A stretch of DNA of 64,000 nucleotides from Candidatus Poribacteria bacterium (GCA_963665235.2 CAXXLX010000001.1:320001-384000), one strand, 5' to 3'; shown: positions 9,609 through 18,714, counted from the stretch's first letter. The notes: a model not told the origin generated them from the letters alone. Program-made: numbers and translations.

Positions 9609-10385
9609 TCACTCCTTATTTAAACCTAAGAATTGATACGGTTCAATTGCATTATTTGCATCAATAACTTTGATATGTCCTGGGATGTCCTCAACCTTGA
9701 TTCGCAAGGGCTCAAAGTCATCCGGCACCACGAATCCCGGCTCAAGGGCGACTTGGAATTTCTGTTGGCGTATAGCCTCTAGGGTCTGGCCATCGTCAGG
9801 ATGTCCGGATGTGAACGTTATATATCCCTCAGAATCAGTTCTAATATACATAGTGCCTTTAATAGTAGGAACGAGTAACCGATCTGGTGGAATATATCCT
9901 ATACCTTCAACGTCGTAACCTTGTTCTAATAGCTTTATCCATACGCGTATTGCTAATTCGTCTTCAGCGGTGAGAGTATGCCATGCATCCTTCCATCCGG
10001 TTGGGAGCTTTGGGTATGGTCCAAACCCATAAGGTGAAACACGGACTTCGGTTTTTTCCGTTTCCTGCGTTTGTTCCATCAGGTTTGGATGGATTTTGCT
10101 GGGTGCAGCATCTGCCTTCCCTGCTTCATCGGTTGTTTCCATCCTTCGTTTCTCTGCGGGAGGCGCTGCGCTTTCCACAAGTGCATCAGTGGTCGGTTTC
10201 GCATTGCGGCCTGCCTCTACTTTTTGGGCGGGTTCCGCTTGGTGGCGCAGTTCAGCATTGTCTGCTGCTTGTTGTTCGTAGGGTGCCAGCTCGTGTTGGT
10301 ACCAGACGTAACAAGCAATACCGAAAACAATCAGGAAACAAAACCCCCCGATGATCCATCGGTTTGTAAAATAGTCTTGTGGCAT
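9609..10385 (-). CDS. Single-TM membrane-anchored hypothetical protein with VSPYGFGPYP motif (transposon cargo)
   Basis: RBS GGAGG before MPQD; TM helix, Ala/Pro/Glu linker, globular C-terminal domain. Confidence 0.75.
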   Translation of the reverse strand: MPQDYFTNRWIIGGFCFLIVFGIACYVWYQHELAPYEQQAADNAELRHQAEPAQKVEAGRNAKPTTDALVESAAPPAEKRRMETTDEAGKADAAPSKIHPNLMEQTQETEKTEVRVSPYGFGPYPKLPTGWKDAWHTLTAEDELAIRVWIKLLEQGYDVEGIGYIPPDRLLVPTIKGTMYIRTDSEGYITFTSGHPDDGQTLEAIRQQKFQVALEPGFVVPDDFEPLRIKVEDIPGHIKVIDANNAIEPYQFLGLNKE

Positions 10386-10515
10386 TTTGATACCTCCAAA
10401 TCCGTTATGGGATGCCATTGATACGAAGCTGTAGACAATGTTTATGTCGTGAGCAATATTTTCATACATAATACATTATCCGCCTACCCTTTTTTTCAAA
10501 AGGTATTATTAATTA

Positions 10516-10730
10516 CTAAAGTTTGGACAATTTGTCTGAGTTTGCTGAGAAGGACGGAGATTTATTCATCTATTTACCGCGTCCGGGTAGTACATCGTAC
10601 CTCTCCTGATTTAACAAGTGCCCGTGTTTGAAAGCATAGCATCAGACCGAAGTGAGCACAGCTTGCTACCTCTGATGCACCCGTGTGCTAGAGAACGAGC
10701 AGAATCTATCAGATATTTTCCAAACTTTCA
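10516..10730. mobile_element. Degenerate MITE/remnant with an end matching the IS at 21506-22907
   Basis: CTAAAGTTTGGACAATTT at 10516; degenerate inverse TTTTCCAAACTTTCA at ~10716-10730. Confidence 0.5.
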
Positions 10731-11038
10731 CTTTATTACTTTAATAATTATACACACAATTGCATCTTTTGTCAATTTTTTTACGATTTTTTCCAAAAAA
10801 TGTGTCTTTTGTGCTTTCCGTGATTCCGACAGACAATACACACATCCTTTTCACAAATGCGTAGCTGTTAGCAACAACCCTCTTTTTCAGCGTTCTCTGT
10901 GTGCTCTGTGCCTTCCGCGATTTGCGGCGTACTCGCCCAAATGCGACGTGCATTCTGACAACACACGCGAAATCCACCCTTCCACCCTTCCACTATCTTT
11001 TGTACAAAAACTTTACACACCCTGAAAGCAAAATAAAT

Positions 11039-11067
11039 TTGACATTCCGATAAAAATGTGGTATAAT
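11039..11067 (+). promoter_or_regulatory. Consensus sigma70 promoter of tnpB
   Basis: TTGACA-17 bp-TATAAT with extended TG. Confidence 0.8.
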
Positions 11068-11167
11068 GATTGTGTCAAGTTGGTAGACATGTGAAGCATT
11101 GTTGCTAAACAATGTGTCTGCCTACCCGCTTCACATGGGTTAACGGAAACCTGATATTTGATGGACT

Positions 11168-12274
11168 ATGAAAACCTATAAATATAAAATCGGTAAACAA
11201 TCTAATTGTGTTAGGCTTGGCAACTTGCTTGACGATATGTGTCAGGTGCATGAATACTTCCATAAGTGGCAAGACCAAAGGTATAAAGCAGGGCTGCCGT
11301 ATGCCAACTTTGCTGCAATGTGTGAACACTTGACGATGTTGAAGGCAACGACGCATCCGCATTGGAAAGCGTTGCCGTCTCAAGGCATGCAAGAAGAATT
11401 GAAACGGATTGATGCTGCGTATCGCCGTTTTTTCAAGAAGTTGGGAGGCAAGCCGAAACTCAAGAAACGTCATAAGTTCAAATCTGTCACCCTCAAACAA
11501 TCGGGTTGGCAAATAACAGAAAATCGTATCATCGTCACGCTGCGAAAATGGGATGATGGCAGATGGAAGCGCGATCCTGTGCCGTATACCTTTTTTAAGC
11601 ATCGGGACTGGCACGGTAACATCAAACGTGTGCCACTCAAACGCGATGCCTGTAACAACTATTGGCTTTGTCTGACAACGGATTTCACAGATACCGACCC
11701 ACTGCACGCTACAGGTAAAAGCGTAGGTGTAGACTTCGGTATGAAAGACGCTTTTTTGATACTGAGCACTGGCGAAAAGATTCAATCACCCCAACCCTTG
11801 AAACAATCCTTGACGAAACTTCGCAAACTCCACAAGGCACTTTCGCGAAAAAAGAAAGGATCGGCACGCTGGTGGCGGTGTGTCTATCAACTTGCCCGAC
11901 TCTATCGCAAGATTTCTAACCAACGTCTTGATTTTCATTGGAAACTGGCAGACGACTTGTGCAAGCGGTTTGATACCATCGTTCTTGAAACCCTCAACCT
12001 TGATGGCATGAAACGGCTGTGGGGCCGGAAAGTATCCGACCTTGCCTTCTATCAGTTTGTTGAGATACTGAAATATAAGTGTATTAAGCATAATCGGACT
12101 TTTCATCAAATCAGTCAGTGGACAGCGACAACAAAACCGTGCAGTGATTGTGGTTTTCATAATGGCAATCTCACGCTCTCTGATAGACAGTGGACCTGCC
12201 CCGACTGTGGTTCTCATCACGATAGAGATGTCAACGCTGCGATAAACATTTTGCAGGCAGGGATAGCTGCCTGA
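11168..12274 (+). CDS. tnpB: RNA-guided endonuclease TnpB
   Basis: RuvC-I GVDFG, RuvC-II VLETL, Zn ribbon CSDC/CPDC, RuvC-III HDRDVNAAINI; all acidic catalytic residues present. Confidence 0.95.
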   Translation: MKTYKYKIGKQSNCVRLGNLLDDMCQVHEYFHKWQDQRYKAGLPYANFAAMCEHLTMLKATTHPHWKALPSQGMQEELKRIDAAYRRFFKKLGGKPKLKKRHKFKSVTLKQSGWQITENRIIVTLRKWDDGRWKRDPVPYTFFKHRDWHGNIKRVPLKRDACNNYWLCLTTDFTDTDPLHATGKSVGVDFGMKDAFLILSTGEKIQSPQPLKQSLTKLRKLHKALSRKKKGSARWWRCVYQLARLYRKISNQRLDFHWKLADDLCKRFDTIVLETLNLDGMKRLWGRKVSDLAFYQFVEILKYKCIKHNRTFHQISQWTATTKPCSDCGFHNGNLTLSDRQWTCPDCGSHHDRDVNAAINILQAGIAA

Positions 12275-12386
12275 AGGTGGAGTGAAAATAAGACGGTTGT
12301 CTCTATGAGAAAACCGCAGTCACTACGAAACCGAAGCCCCAACCTTTAGGTTGTGGGTGCTATCACGGCAACCGGTTATTTTGAAG
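12230..12386 (+). ncRNA. Predicted TnpB omega/reRNA; guide would be the flank after 12366 (GGCAACCGGTTATTTTGAAG)
   Basis: Position overlapping the tnpB 3' end and right-end hairpin, as established for IS605 TnpB; boundaries approximate. Confidence 0.55.
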
Positions 12387-12419
12387 CTGAAGAAAGTTTT
12401 CATTAGATGGAGGTCTCTC

Positions 12420-13097
12420 ATGAAATTGAAATGCCAAGCGGCAGGTGCAAACTGCCCGCCTTACTCACATGATGGAAAATTCCAACCGGACAACGCGACA
12501 ATTACCCGTCTTTTGCCTGATTTGAATCGGTGTGCGAAATGTATGGCATACGAGCCGCCATCGCTCCCCGACCTCAAAGACGATTTGATGCAAATCGCCT
12601 CCATAACGCTTATCGAAAAAGGGCCCGCGTTCAATCCCGACCATAAAAGCAGGGCTAGTTTCGGAACTTTCATACGCCCGCGAATTTGTACGAGTTTGAT
12701 TAATGCCAAACGCAAGGAGCTCAAACACTACGCACGGGAACACCCTGTACCCTATACGGCACCGGATGAGTACGAGTCCCTAAATGCCGAATACAGAGAG
12801 GATATCTCTCTTACGCCAATCCCCCTTGTGCTCAATAACGTTCCCGACCCTGATGCTGAACCCCTTGAGGATAGAGCTATTTGGGACCTATTCGTTTCCG
12901 ATTTTGAAAATGCTCTGCCACAACTCCTCGAAAAACTGACCGAGCGGGAACGGCAGGTTTTCGCTTGTCTTCGCAAGGATATGCCAAATCGTGCCATCGC
13001 TGACGCGTTAAAGTTGAGTTCACCGAGAATCAGCCAGTTGATTAGACAGGTAGAACAGAAACTGCGCGGGGCATGCCAAAGTTTAAAGATAATTTAA
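12420..13097 (+). CDS. Alternative sigma-70 family RNA polymerase sigma factor
   Basis: Region 2 DDLMQIASITLIE...FNPD...SFGTFI, region 4 LTERERQVF...IADALKLSSPRISQ; RBS GGAGG. Confidence 0.85.
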   Translation: MKLKCQAAGANCPPYSHDGKFQPDNATITRLLPDLNRCAKCMAYEPPSLPDLKDDLMQIASITLIEKGPAFNPDHKSRASFGTFIRPRICTSLINAKRKELKHYAREHPVPYTAPDEYESLNAEYREDISLTPIPLVLNNVPDPDAEPLEDRAIWDLFVSDFENALPQLLEKLTERERQVFACLRKDMPNRAIADALKLSSPRISQLIRQVEQKLRGACQSLKII

Positions 13098-13247
13098 CGC
13101 GAGTTTGAAAAAAGTTTTGACCTAGAGCGTTCTGTGGTAGTTTTAGCAAAAAACAGCACAAACTAGGAAGTTTATGCTACAATTAGACCGCTTTTTTCGC
13201 GATGAAAAAGGTTTAGAGCAAACGGATATTTATTATCAAGCTCACGT
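13097..13247 (+). mobile_element. 151-bp MITE (IS982-like ends), copy 1
   Basis: IRs ACGCGAGTTTGA / TCAAGCTCACGT; 7-bp TSD TAATTTA; near-identical copy at 41783-41933. Confidence 0.9.
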
Positions 13248-13272
13248 TAATTTAAGCAGATAAAAATCGGGC

Positions 13273-13713
13273 TTATAGCAACGTCTGTAGTCTTTGCGAA
13301 CGATATTCAAAAATTTTCTCTATATCCGGGCGGACAAAAAGCTTGTTGATAAGTCGCCCCCCAAGCACAGCATATTCCACCTCGTCTCTCACCAGCGTGC
13401 CAGCATCGGTCTCAACGAACGTATGTTTATGAATCCAGCAGCGATACGGTCCCCGGCGCTGCTCGTCAGAAAAGTCGTGCGGTGGATTCCATTCAGTTAT
13501 TTCGCTTTGCCATCGGACCGGAATACCCCGCAACTTCAAACGGTAGTCAATAAGCGTACCGACCTTCATTTCAATCGGCTGCGGCGTAAGCACAACGAAC
13601 CGGAGCCACGGTGGCGTAATCTCTGCGAGGTTATGTGCATCGGCAAAATACGCAAAAACCTCGTCCCGGGGTTTCTCAATCAGCTGCTCTGTCATCAGTG
13701 TAAACGTCTTCAT
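13273..13713 (-). CDS. SRPBCC family protein
   Basis: EVFAYFADAHNLAEITPPW, FSDEQRRGPYRCWIHKH. Confidence 0.9.
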   Translation of the reverse strand: MKTFTLMTEQLIEKPRDEVFAYFADAHNLAEITPPWLRFVVLTPQPIEMKVGTLIDYRLKLRGIPVRWQSEITEWNPPHDFSDEQRRGPYRCWIHKHTFVETDAGTLVRDEVEYAVLGGRLINKLFVRPDIEKIFEYRSQRLQTLL

Positions 13714-13762
13714 TTTCCTTCTCCCATGCATGTAGTAGCAAGACTTACACATGCGGTCGTCC

Positions 13763-14824
13763 CTACCTCTCCAGATAATTCTCGTTAACATAGTGCGTAA
13801 TCAACGCTACTTCTGGCTCTTCAAGATAGAGCCCATGTTCAATCATCCGGGTGATAATTTCCGTTGTTTCCTCTTCTGAGCGTGGTGGATAATCCTCAAC
13901 ATCCGTGAGCGGATGACACTGTGAGCATTTATCTTCAAAGAGTGCTCTCGCTTCTTCCACATTGTAATTCGGCACAGGTGCCATGAGTTGAGGTGACATA
14001 TCCACAGTAGTCGTCGCAATTTGAGCGGCCGCCTTTGATTCATCTACCCGCATCTTTTCCTGCCGCTGTTGTCTCATAGCCGTCTTGATATCCGGCGTAA
14101 TGGCGATAAGATATGCGGAAACGCTCCACTCCTCCTCCTGGGTAATCGGTTCACCGATAATAGGTTTAATCGCCATACGATTGACAAGGCGGACCCAATC
14201 TGGTGGTGTCCGTGGTTTGCTAAGCACTGTTCGCAAATCGTGACAGATAACACACTTCCGCTGTAAGACGTGCTGTCCCTCTCGCAATTTTCGTTTTGAT
14301 GCAAGCTGCTCGAGGGGTGCTTCAGGGGGCAGTCCGGCAGTTTCAATCAGCTGCCGCGTTCGTGCGATGCCCTCCTCACTAAACGCCCGCGTCTGTGTTA
14401 TCAGCAAAGTTTCGCGAAATGTGAACGGCAACGACAACCCAATCAACAGATAGGTGCAAATCAGTAAAGTCGTACCGATATACGGCATCGCCTCCTCAAA
14501 ATGCCGGAAAAACCGAAGGATGACAATCTTAAGGAGAAGCAGCACGCCGATAGTAATCCCAAGCATCAGATGTGCAACGGTGCGTGGCGGCAATTCCACC
14601 TGATAATTCCATAAACGCGGCACCATGTGCCACATCATAATCACGTAAAGCAGTAGATATGCGTAACCGATGAACCGATGGAGCAGCATCAATTTAGGCG
14701 GCGCAGCACTCGTGCGTGTTTCTTTGTCAAATGGATACCCCCACAGTTTAAACATCAAAAACACAGAGGCATTTGCTAAACCTAAAAAAATAAGTCCCAG
14801 AATTGCGCTCATCGAAGTAGACAT
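13763..14824 (-). CDS. Membrane protein with 4 TM helices and two c-type heme domains
   Basis: His-bearing TM helices (LHRFIG, AHLMLG); CVICH and CSQCH motifs. Confidence 0.85.
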   Translation of the reverse strand: MSTSMSAILGLIFLGLANASVFLMFKLWGYPFDKETRTSAAPPKLMLLHRFIGYAYLLLYVIMMWHMVPRLWNYQVELPPRTVAHLMLGITIGVLLLLKIVILRFFRHFEEAMPYIGTTLLICTYLLIGLSLPFTFRETLLITQTRAFSEEGIARTRQLIETAGLPPEAPLEQLASKRKLREGQHVLQRKCVICHDLRTVLSKPRTPPDWVRLVNRMAIKPIIGEPITQEEEWSVSAYLIAITPDIKTAMRQQRQEKMRVDESKAAAQIATTTVDMSPQLMAPVPNYNVEEARALFEDKCSQCHPLTDVEDYPPRSEEETTEIITRMIEHGLYLEEPEVALITHYVNENYLER

Positions 14825-14858
14825 TCAGACACCTCTTACCAATTGCCCAGAAAACGTA

Positions 14859-15659
14859 TTATTCCGCCGGTTTGGGAGTCGTTAAATCGCCGCTCAAAAT
14901 TGTTGGGCACCAGAATTTTTCAATATACTCAATAATTAACCGCGTCCCCTCCTCGTGACTGACATAAGGCGGTTTGAACGGATTGTACATTGCATCTGTC
15001 AAATCGCGCGCGAGGACAGCATTAAATCCCCATCGGACCATCTGCTTAATCGCAAACGAGCGGCCGAGCACACACATATTGGTATGAACCCCCATAAAGA
15101 TGAGGTTTTGAATGCCTTTATGGGCAAGCAAATTATAAACCTCCTGTCCGTTGTCGCTGATAGCATCGGTATCCGCTATATCAATCGCTGGATGCTGTCG
15201 GTGCCATGCTTTGTACATATTCGTTTCCCCTGTGTCTGAGCCGCCGTCGGAGGCATCGACCGGTTGCGGTGGATCCGGCATTTCACGTTCAGGGGGTGTG
15301 TCAGCGTGCGGGATAGCAAGCACGGCAGCACGTGCAGGATGTTGCTCATAGAAATCCATCGTATCCGAAGGTGCATGGATAATCTGGACACCCCGTTCCC
15401 GTGCGCGGTGCAGCACGACGTTCATCCTCGGTGCCATGATATTAACGCGTTCGGTCGCGCCCCATGACCAATGTTCATTCCACATGTCAACGACAATAAT
15501 AGCGGTCTCCGCTGGGTGCCAGTTGACCTCCTCCTCAAGGATACGCCATCCGTTTCTCCCGGCGGTCCGTGCTTCCTGTCGCCGAATAGCGAGGGAAAGC
15601 CTCTCTTCGGAGGGGGTAGCAGAAAAAGCGTAACGGGCTATATCAAGTTTCATTTTCAT
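14859..15659 (-). CDS. Isochorismatase/nicotinamidase-like cysteine hydrolase
   Basis: AIIVVDMW, GVHTNMCV. Confidence 0.85.
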   Translation of the reverse strand: MKMKLDIARYAFSATPSEERLSLAIRRQEARTAGRNGWRILEEEVNWHPAETAIIVVDMWNEHWSWGATERVNIMAPRMNVVLHRARERGVQIIHAPSDTMDFYEQHPARAAVLAIPHADTPPEREMPDPPQPVDASDGGSDTGETNMYKAWHRQHPAIDIADTDAISDNGQEVYNLLAHKGIQNLIFMGVHTNMCVLGRSFAIKQMVRWGFNAVLARDLTDAMYNPFKPPYVSHEEGTRLIIEYIEKFWCPTILSGDLTTPKPAE

Positions 15660-16132
15660 TCCTCCTGGACGATTTTTCGCAAGACATAAGCGTCTTCACC
15701 ATTGCCATAGTATTTTTTTCGGATGCCGTACGGCTGAAATCCGAAGCGGTGGTACAGCTTTCGTGCCGGAACATTGCTCATCGCAACTTCCAAAAACACC
15801 TCACATGCCGCGGCACCCCGAATGATTTCTAAGGCAGAACCGAGCAGGTAGGTGGCAACACCGCGGCGACGGTATGTATCGGTTACAGCGATGTTAAAGA
15901 TATGTGCTTCATCGTAGCACAGCCAAAACACAATATAACCGATAATCGCATCATTTAACCGAGCGGTGTAGAGATGGAAACCCTCCTTCTCATCCCGGAG
16001 ATACGATTCAAAAATTGATATGTCCCACGGCTCCGTTGGAAAGACTTCCTGTTCTATTGCCATCACCTGTTCAAGGTCACATTCTTGCATCCGTTCAAAG
16101 GTGAGTTCTGGAAAAGGTTTTTCGATATGCAT
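15656..16132 (-). CDS. rimI: Ribosomal protein S18 alanine N-acetyltransferase
   Basis: EAHIFNIAV...RRRGVA, LEVAMSN..ARKLY..FGF...GIRKKYY..GEDA. Confidence 0.85.
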   Translation of the reverse strand: MHIEKPFPELTFERMQECDLEQVMAIEQEVFPTEPWDISIFESYLRDEKEGFHLYTARLNDAIIGYIVFWLCYDEAHIFNIAVTDTYRRRGVATYLLGSALEIIRGAAACEVFLEVAMSNVPARKLYHRFGFQPYGIRKKYYGNGEDAYVLRKIVQEE

Positions 16133-16140
16133 TTATCACA

Positions 16141-16220
16141 ATTTTAGCACAATCGCGGGAGCATGTCAAGCATAAAGTTTTCGTTTTGCTATTGCTTTTC
16201 TATTGAATCGGTGCTATAAT
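16141..16220. promoter_or_regulatory. Divergent sigma70 promoters
   Basis: Minus strand TTGACA-17-TAAAAT (16169-16141); plus strand TTGCTT-17-TATAAT (16192-16220). Confidence 0.65.
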
Positions 16221-16259
16221 AGTGTCAAGATAGAATCCAATAAACATTTTTAGGAGACC

Positions 16260-17405
16260 GTGATGAAAGATTTTGCATTTACAGGCGGAAGACCTGACCC
16301 CTATACGTTTCCGACTGAGGCGTTGATTGAAGCAAGCGAGAAAGCCCTTCGGAAATTGGGCGGACAATTAGTCAATTACCCCGGTGAATCCGGCTACCGG
16401 GGGTTACGTGAACTCGCATCCATCCGTTTCGAACGCCGCGAAGGTGTCCCGCTCCCAATAGATAACACCTCTATTACCTCAGGCTCAATGCAGGCACTCG
16501 AATTGGTGTTAGGCACATTTATTAAGCCGGGGGATACAGTGCTAACGGAGGAATTTACCTATAGCGGCACACTCGGCATTATGCGCCACCTCAAGGCGAA
16601 TATCGTCGGCATCCCGATGGACTATGTAGATGGCATGAATATGGACGCGTTGGAAACAAAACTGAAGGAGCTCAAACGCCAAAATGTCACACCTTCGCTT
16701 ATCTACACAACCTCTAATCATCAAAACCCGACTAGTGCAATCCTGTCGCTTGAACGGCGACACCGCATGTTGGAACTGGCAGAAGAATACGATACCCTCA
16801 TCGTGGAAGATGATTGCTACGGGGATATAGATTTTGTACCGAACCCGACACCCGCGTCACTTTTCAAGTTAGACACCGCGAACCGGGTTATCTTCATCGC
16901 CACCTTCTCGAAGATTTTGGGAGCAGGCGTTCGCCAAGGCTACTTCGTTGCAAGACAACCGTACTACGGAATGATTCACCAAAACCGATGGGATGGCGGC
17001 ACAAGCGCGCTTGCAAGTGCTATCGTAGCTGAGTTTTTCATGGAGCATCTTGAGGCACATCTCGAAAAAACGAACGCTGCTGTCGGTGCCAAATGTCAAG
17101 CCGTCATAGATACTCTGGACGCACATGTCAGCGACCTCTGTACATGGACCAGACCGCGCGGGGGGTTGTTCTTGTGGATAGACCTGCCAGAGTCAACCGA
17201 CCTAAATAAAGTAAACGAATTGGCATCTGCGAAGGGGGTAGGGTATAGCAACGGGAGTGCATTCCACTACGCAAACGCGCCTGTCAAAGCAATCCGCCTC
17301 GCCTATGCCTACTGTCATGTGGACGATATACCTGAAGGAATTACCTACCTGTGTAACGCAATCCGCAGTGCCCAAAGCAATGCGGCGGATATCGCAGCAG
17401 GTTAG
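16260..17405 (+). CDS. PLP-dependent class I/II aminotransferase (2-aminoadipate transaminase/MocR-like)
   Basis: HQNPT, IVEDDCY, TFSKILGAGVR, GGLFLW. Confidence 0.9.
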   Translation: MMKDFAFTGGRPDPYTFPTEALIEASEKALRKLGGQLVNYPGESGYRGLRELASIRFERREGVPLPIDNTSITSGSMQALELVLGTFIKPGDTVLTEEFTYSGTLGIMRHLKANIVGIPMDYVDGMNMDALETKLKELKRQNVTPSLIYTTSNHQNPTSAILSLERRHRMLELAEEYDTLIVEDDCYGDIDFVPNPTPASLFKLDTANRVIFIATFSKILGAGVRQGYFVARQPYYGMIHQNRWDGGTSALASAIVAEFFMEHLEAHLEKTNAAVGAKCQAVIDTLDAHVSDLCTWTRPRGGLFLWIDLPESTDLNKVNELASAKGVGYSNGSAFHYANAPVKAIRLAYAYCHVDDIPEGITYLCNAIRSAQSNAADIAAG

Positions 17406-17432
17406 TGCTCCACCCAAAATAAGGATGTCGAA

Positions 17433-17700
17433 GTCAATAACCCCCAGCTAAAGCATGGGGGCTTGTCCCTGATGCCCGCCAAGGCTATTACAGGGACGAG
17501 GGAAACTTGTTGACTACAGTAATATATCGCAGAGGCTGGACATGGCAGTCCAAAGTATGGTTATCTAAAAAGGTGGGTCGTCTGTGGTTGGACGATTTCA
17601 CTGAAGGATGCTCCCCAAGTCTTAACCCACTACGCATCTGTGATCTGGATGGGGAAACATATACCCGCGTAAGCGGAGAACCCGAAAGGGGCCTTACCTG
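17433..17700 (+). ncRNA. HEARO / IscB omega-RNA scaffold
   Basis: GTCAATAACCCC...GGGGCTTG...GTTGACTA...GGATGCTCCCCAAGTC...GGGGAAAC hallmark segments; 3' boundary approximate. Confidence 0.75.
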
Positions 17701-17901
17701 TTTTTTCAAAGATACCGTGTCAGGTCAAGTAAACAGAAAGTGCGAGTTCTGTTGAACGAAGCAGCACACTCGGAGAGGAACGCCTACGGGCTTGTGGCGA
17801 AAAAACAACCCGACTCCCCCTTTGGGGGGAAATATAGAACGAATGGGAGCGGTGTTTCCTCCCCCGCATAAATGCTGGGGGTCTCCACACCGAATATTTT
17901 G
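17433..17901 (+). mobile_element. Non-autonomous IS200/IS605 (IscB-type) element lacking its protein gene
   Basis: Terminal hairpins CCCCCAGCTAAAGCATGGGGG and CCCCCGCATAAATGCTGGGGG; ends immediately before ATGA. Confidence 0.75.
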
Positions 17902-18714
17902 ATGAAAAACAAAGTTTTTCTCTTGCTGACGATTGTCATAATGCTAGGCGTTGCAACAGCAGCACACAGTGAAATCATAGCCTCTTTAGTCCCCACGACT
18001 GACATTGCTGCCCCGGCTGTTGGCAAGCAGGTGAAGATTAACGTTAAAATAACGGGCACCGAAGAAACCGCAGGGTACTCGGCATTGGTCGCCTTTGATA
18101 GAACAGCCCTTAAGTACATTGGGACAACTATAGTCGACTATCTCCCACAAGGCAGCTCATGGGCAATCCCTGTGCTAAACGATGATGGGGAATACGAAGT
18201 CAGAGTCAGCCTCGATGGTAAAATTACATCCGGAAAGTCCGTGCGTTTTGGGCCGGGACCAGATGCACCATCACTCTCAGTAGAGGAGATGCTCTTCAAG
18301 GTTCCGGGACCAATACCGCCTGAATTCGCTGTGCCAGGTGCGGAGTATTGGGCGGTTGCCCTCTTTGCGTCACTGCCCCCTGATGGCGATACGAACGCGG
18401 AAGATGACACGTTCGCTAAACTCACCTTTGAGGTCACTAACGCGAAGCGAGCCCGTATCATCTTAGTGGATGCGAATCTATCCGATAATACCAGTGATGA
18501 AGGATTGGAAGCTACCCTCCAAAATCGCATGGTCATCCTTCATAACGTCGTAGATGTGAACGGCGATGGCAAGGTTAATATTTTAGACCTAGTACGCGTC
18601 GCGAACGCTTTTGGAGACACTGTTACGGATGCCAACAAGGCTGCGGATGTAAATCGAGATGGCGAAATTAACATTCTGGATTTGGTGCAGGTTGCACAAA
18701 ATTTTGGAAAGTGA
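17902..18714 (+). CDS. Secreted cohesin-like + type I dockerin protein
   Basis: Signal peptide; VAFDRTALKY and AKLTFEV cohesin-like strands; DVNGDGKVNILDLV / DVNRDGEINILDLV. Confidence 0.85.
   Translation: MKNKVFLLLTIVIMLGVATAAHSEIIASLVPTTDIAAPAVGKQVKINVKITGTEETAGYSALVAFDRTALKYIGTTIVDYLPQGSSWAIPVLNDDGEYEVRVSLDGKITSGKSVRFGPGPDAPSLSVEEMLFKVPGPIPPEFAVPGAEYWAVALFASLPPDGDTNAEDDTFAKLTFEVTNAKRARIILVDANLSDNTSDEGLEATLQNRMVILHNVVDVNGDGKVNILDLVRVANAFGDTVTDANKAADVNRDGEINILDLVQVAQNFGK

Larger units (their letters stand above)
7050..11022 (+). mobile_element. Extended ISKra4 transposition unit with ~2.5 kb cargo
   Basis: Third IR copy at 11000-11022; 9-bp duplication TGAAAGCAA at 7041-7049 and 11023-11031. 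Confidence 0.85.
6976..12366 (+). mobile_element. IS200/IS605-family (tnpB-only) element, interrupted at 7050-11022
   Basis: Left-end hairpin CCCCATGCTTCAGCTTGGGG (7002-7021) after a candidate TAM TTGAC (6971-6975); tnpB; right-end hairpin CCCAACCTTTAGGTTGTGGG ending at TCAC 12366. Confidence 0.75.

Noticed and set aside
11105-12220. Long antisense ORFs (11105-11785, 11786-12220) and similar shadow ORFs throughout the window
   Set aside because: They overlap well-supported genes on the opposite strand or frame and have no recognisable motifs
11168-12274. Nuclease-dead TldR or Cas12f
   Set aside because: All three RuvC acidic residues are present, IS ends are present and there is no CRISPR array
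6971-12390. Empty IS605 site recreating a sigma70 promoter for the sigma gene
   Set aside because: TTGAC(G) would be restored but no credible -10 lies at 16-18 bp spacing
17488-17901. ORFs 17488-17709, 17507-17755 and the 17872 start for the dockerin gene
   Set aside because: They lie within the structured omega-RNA element with no IscB motifs; the natural signal peptide begins at ATG 17902
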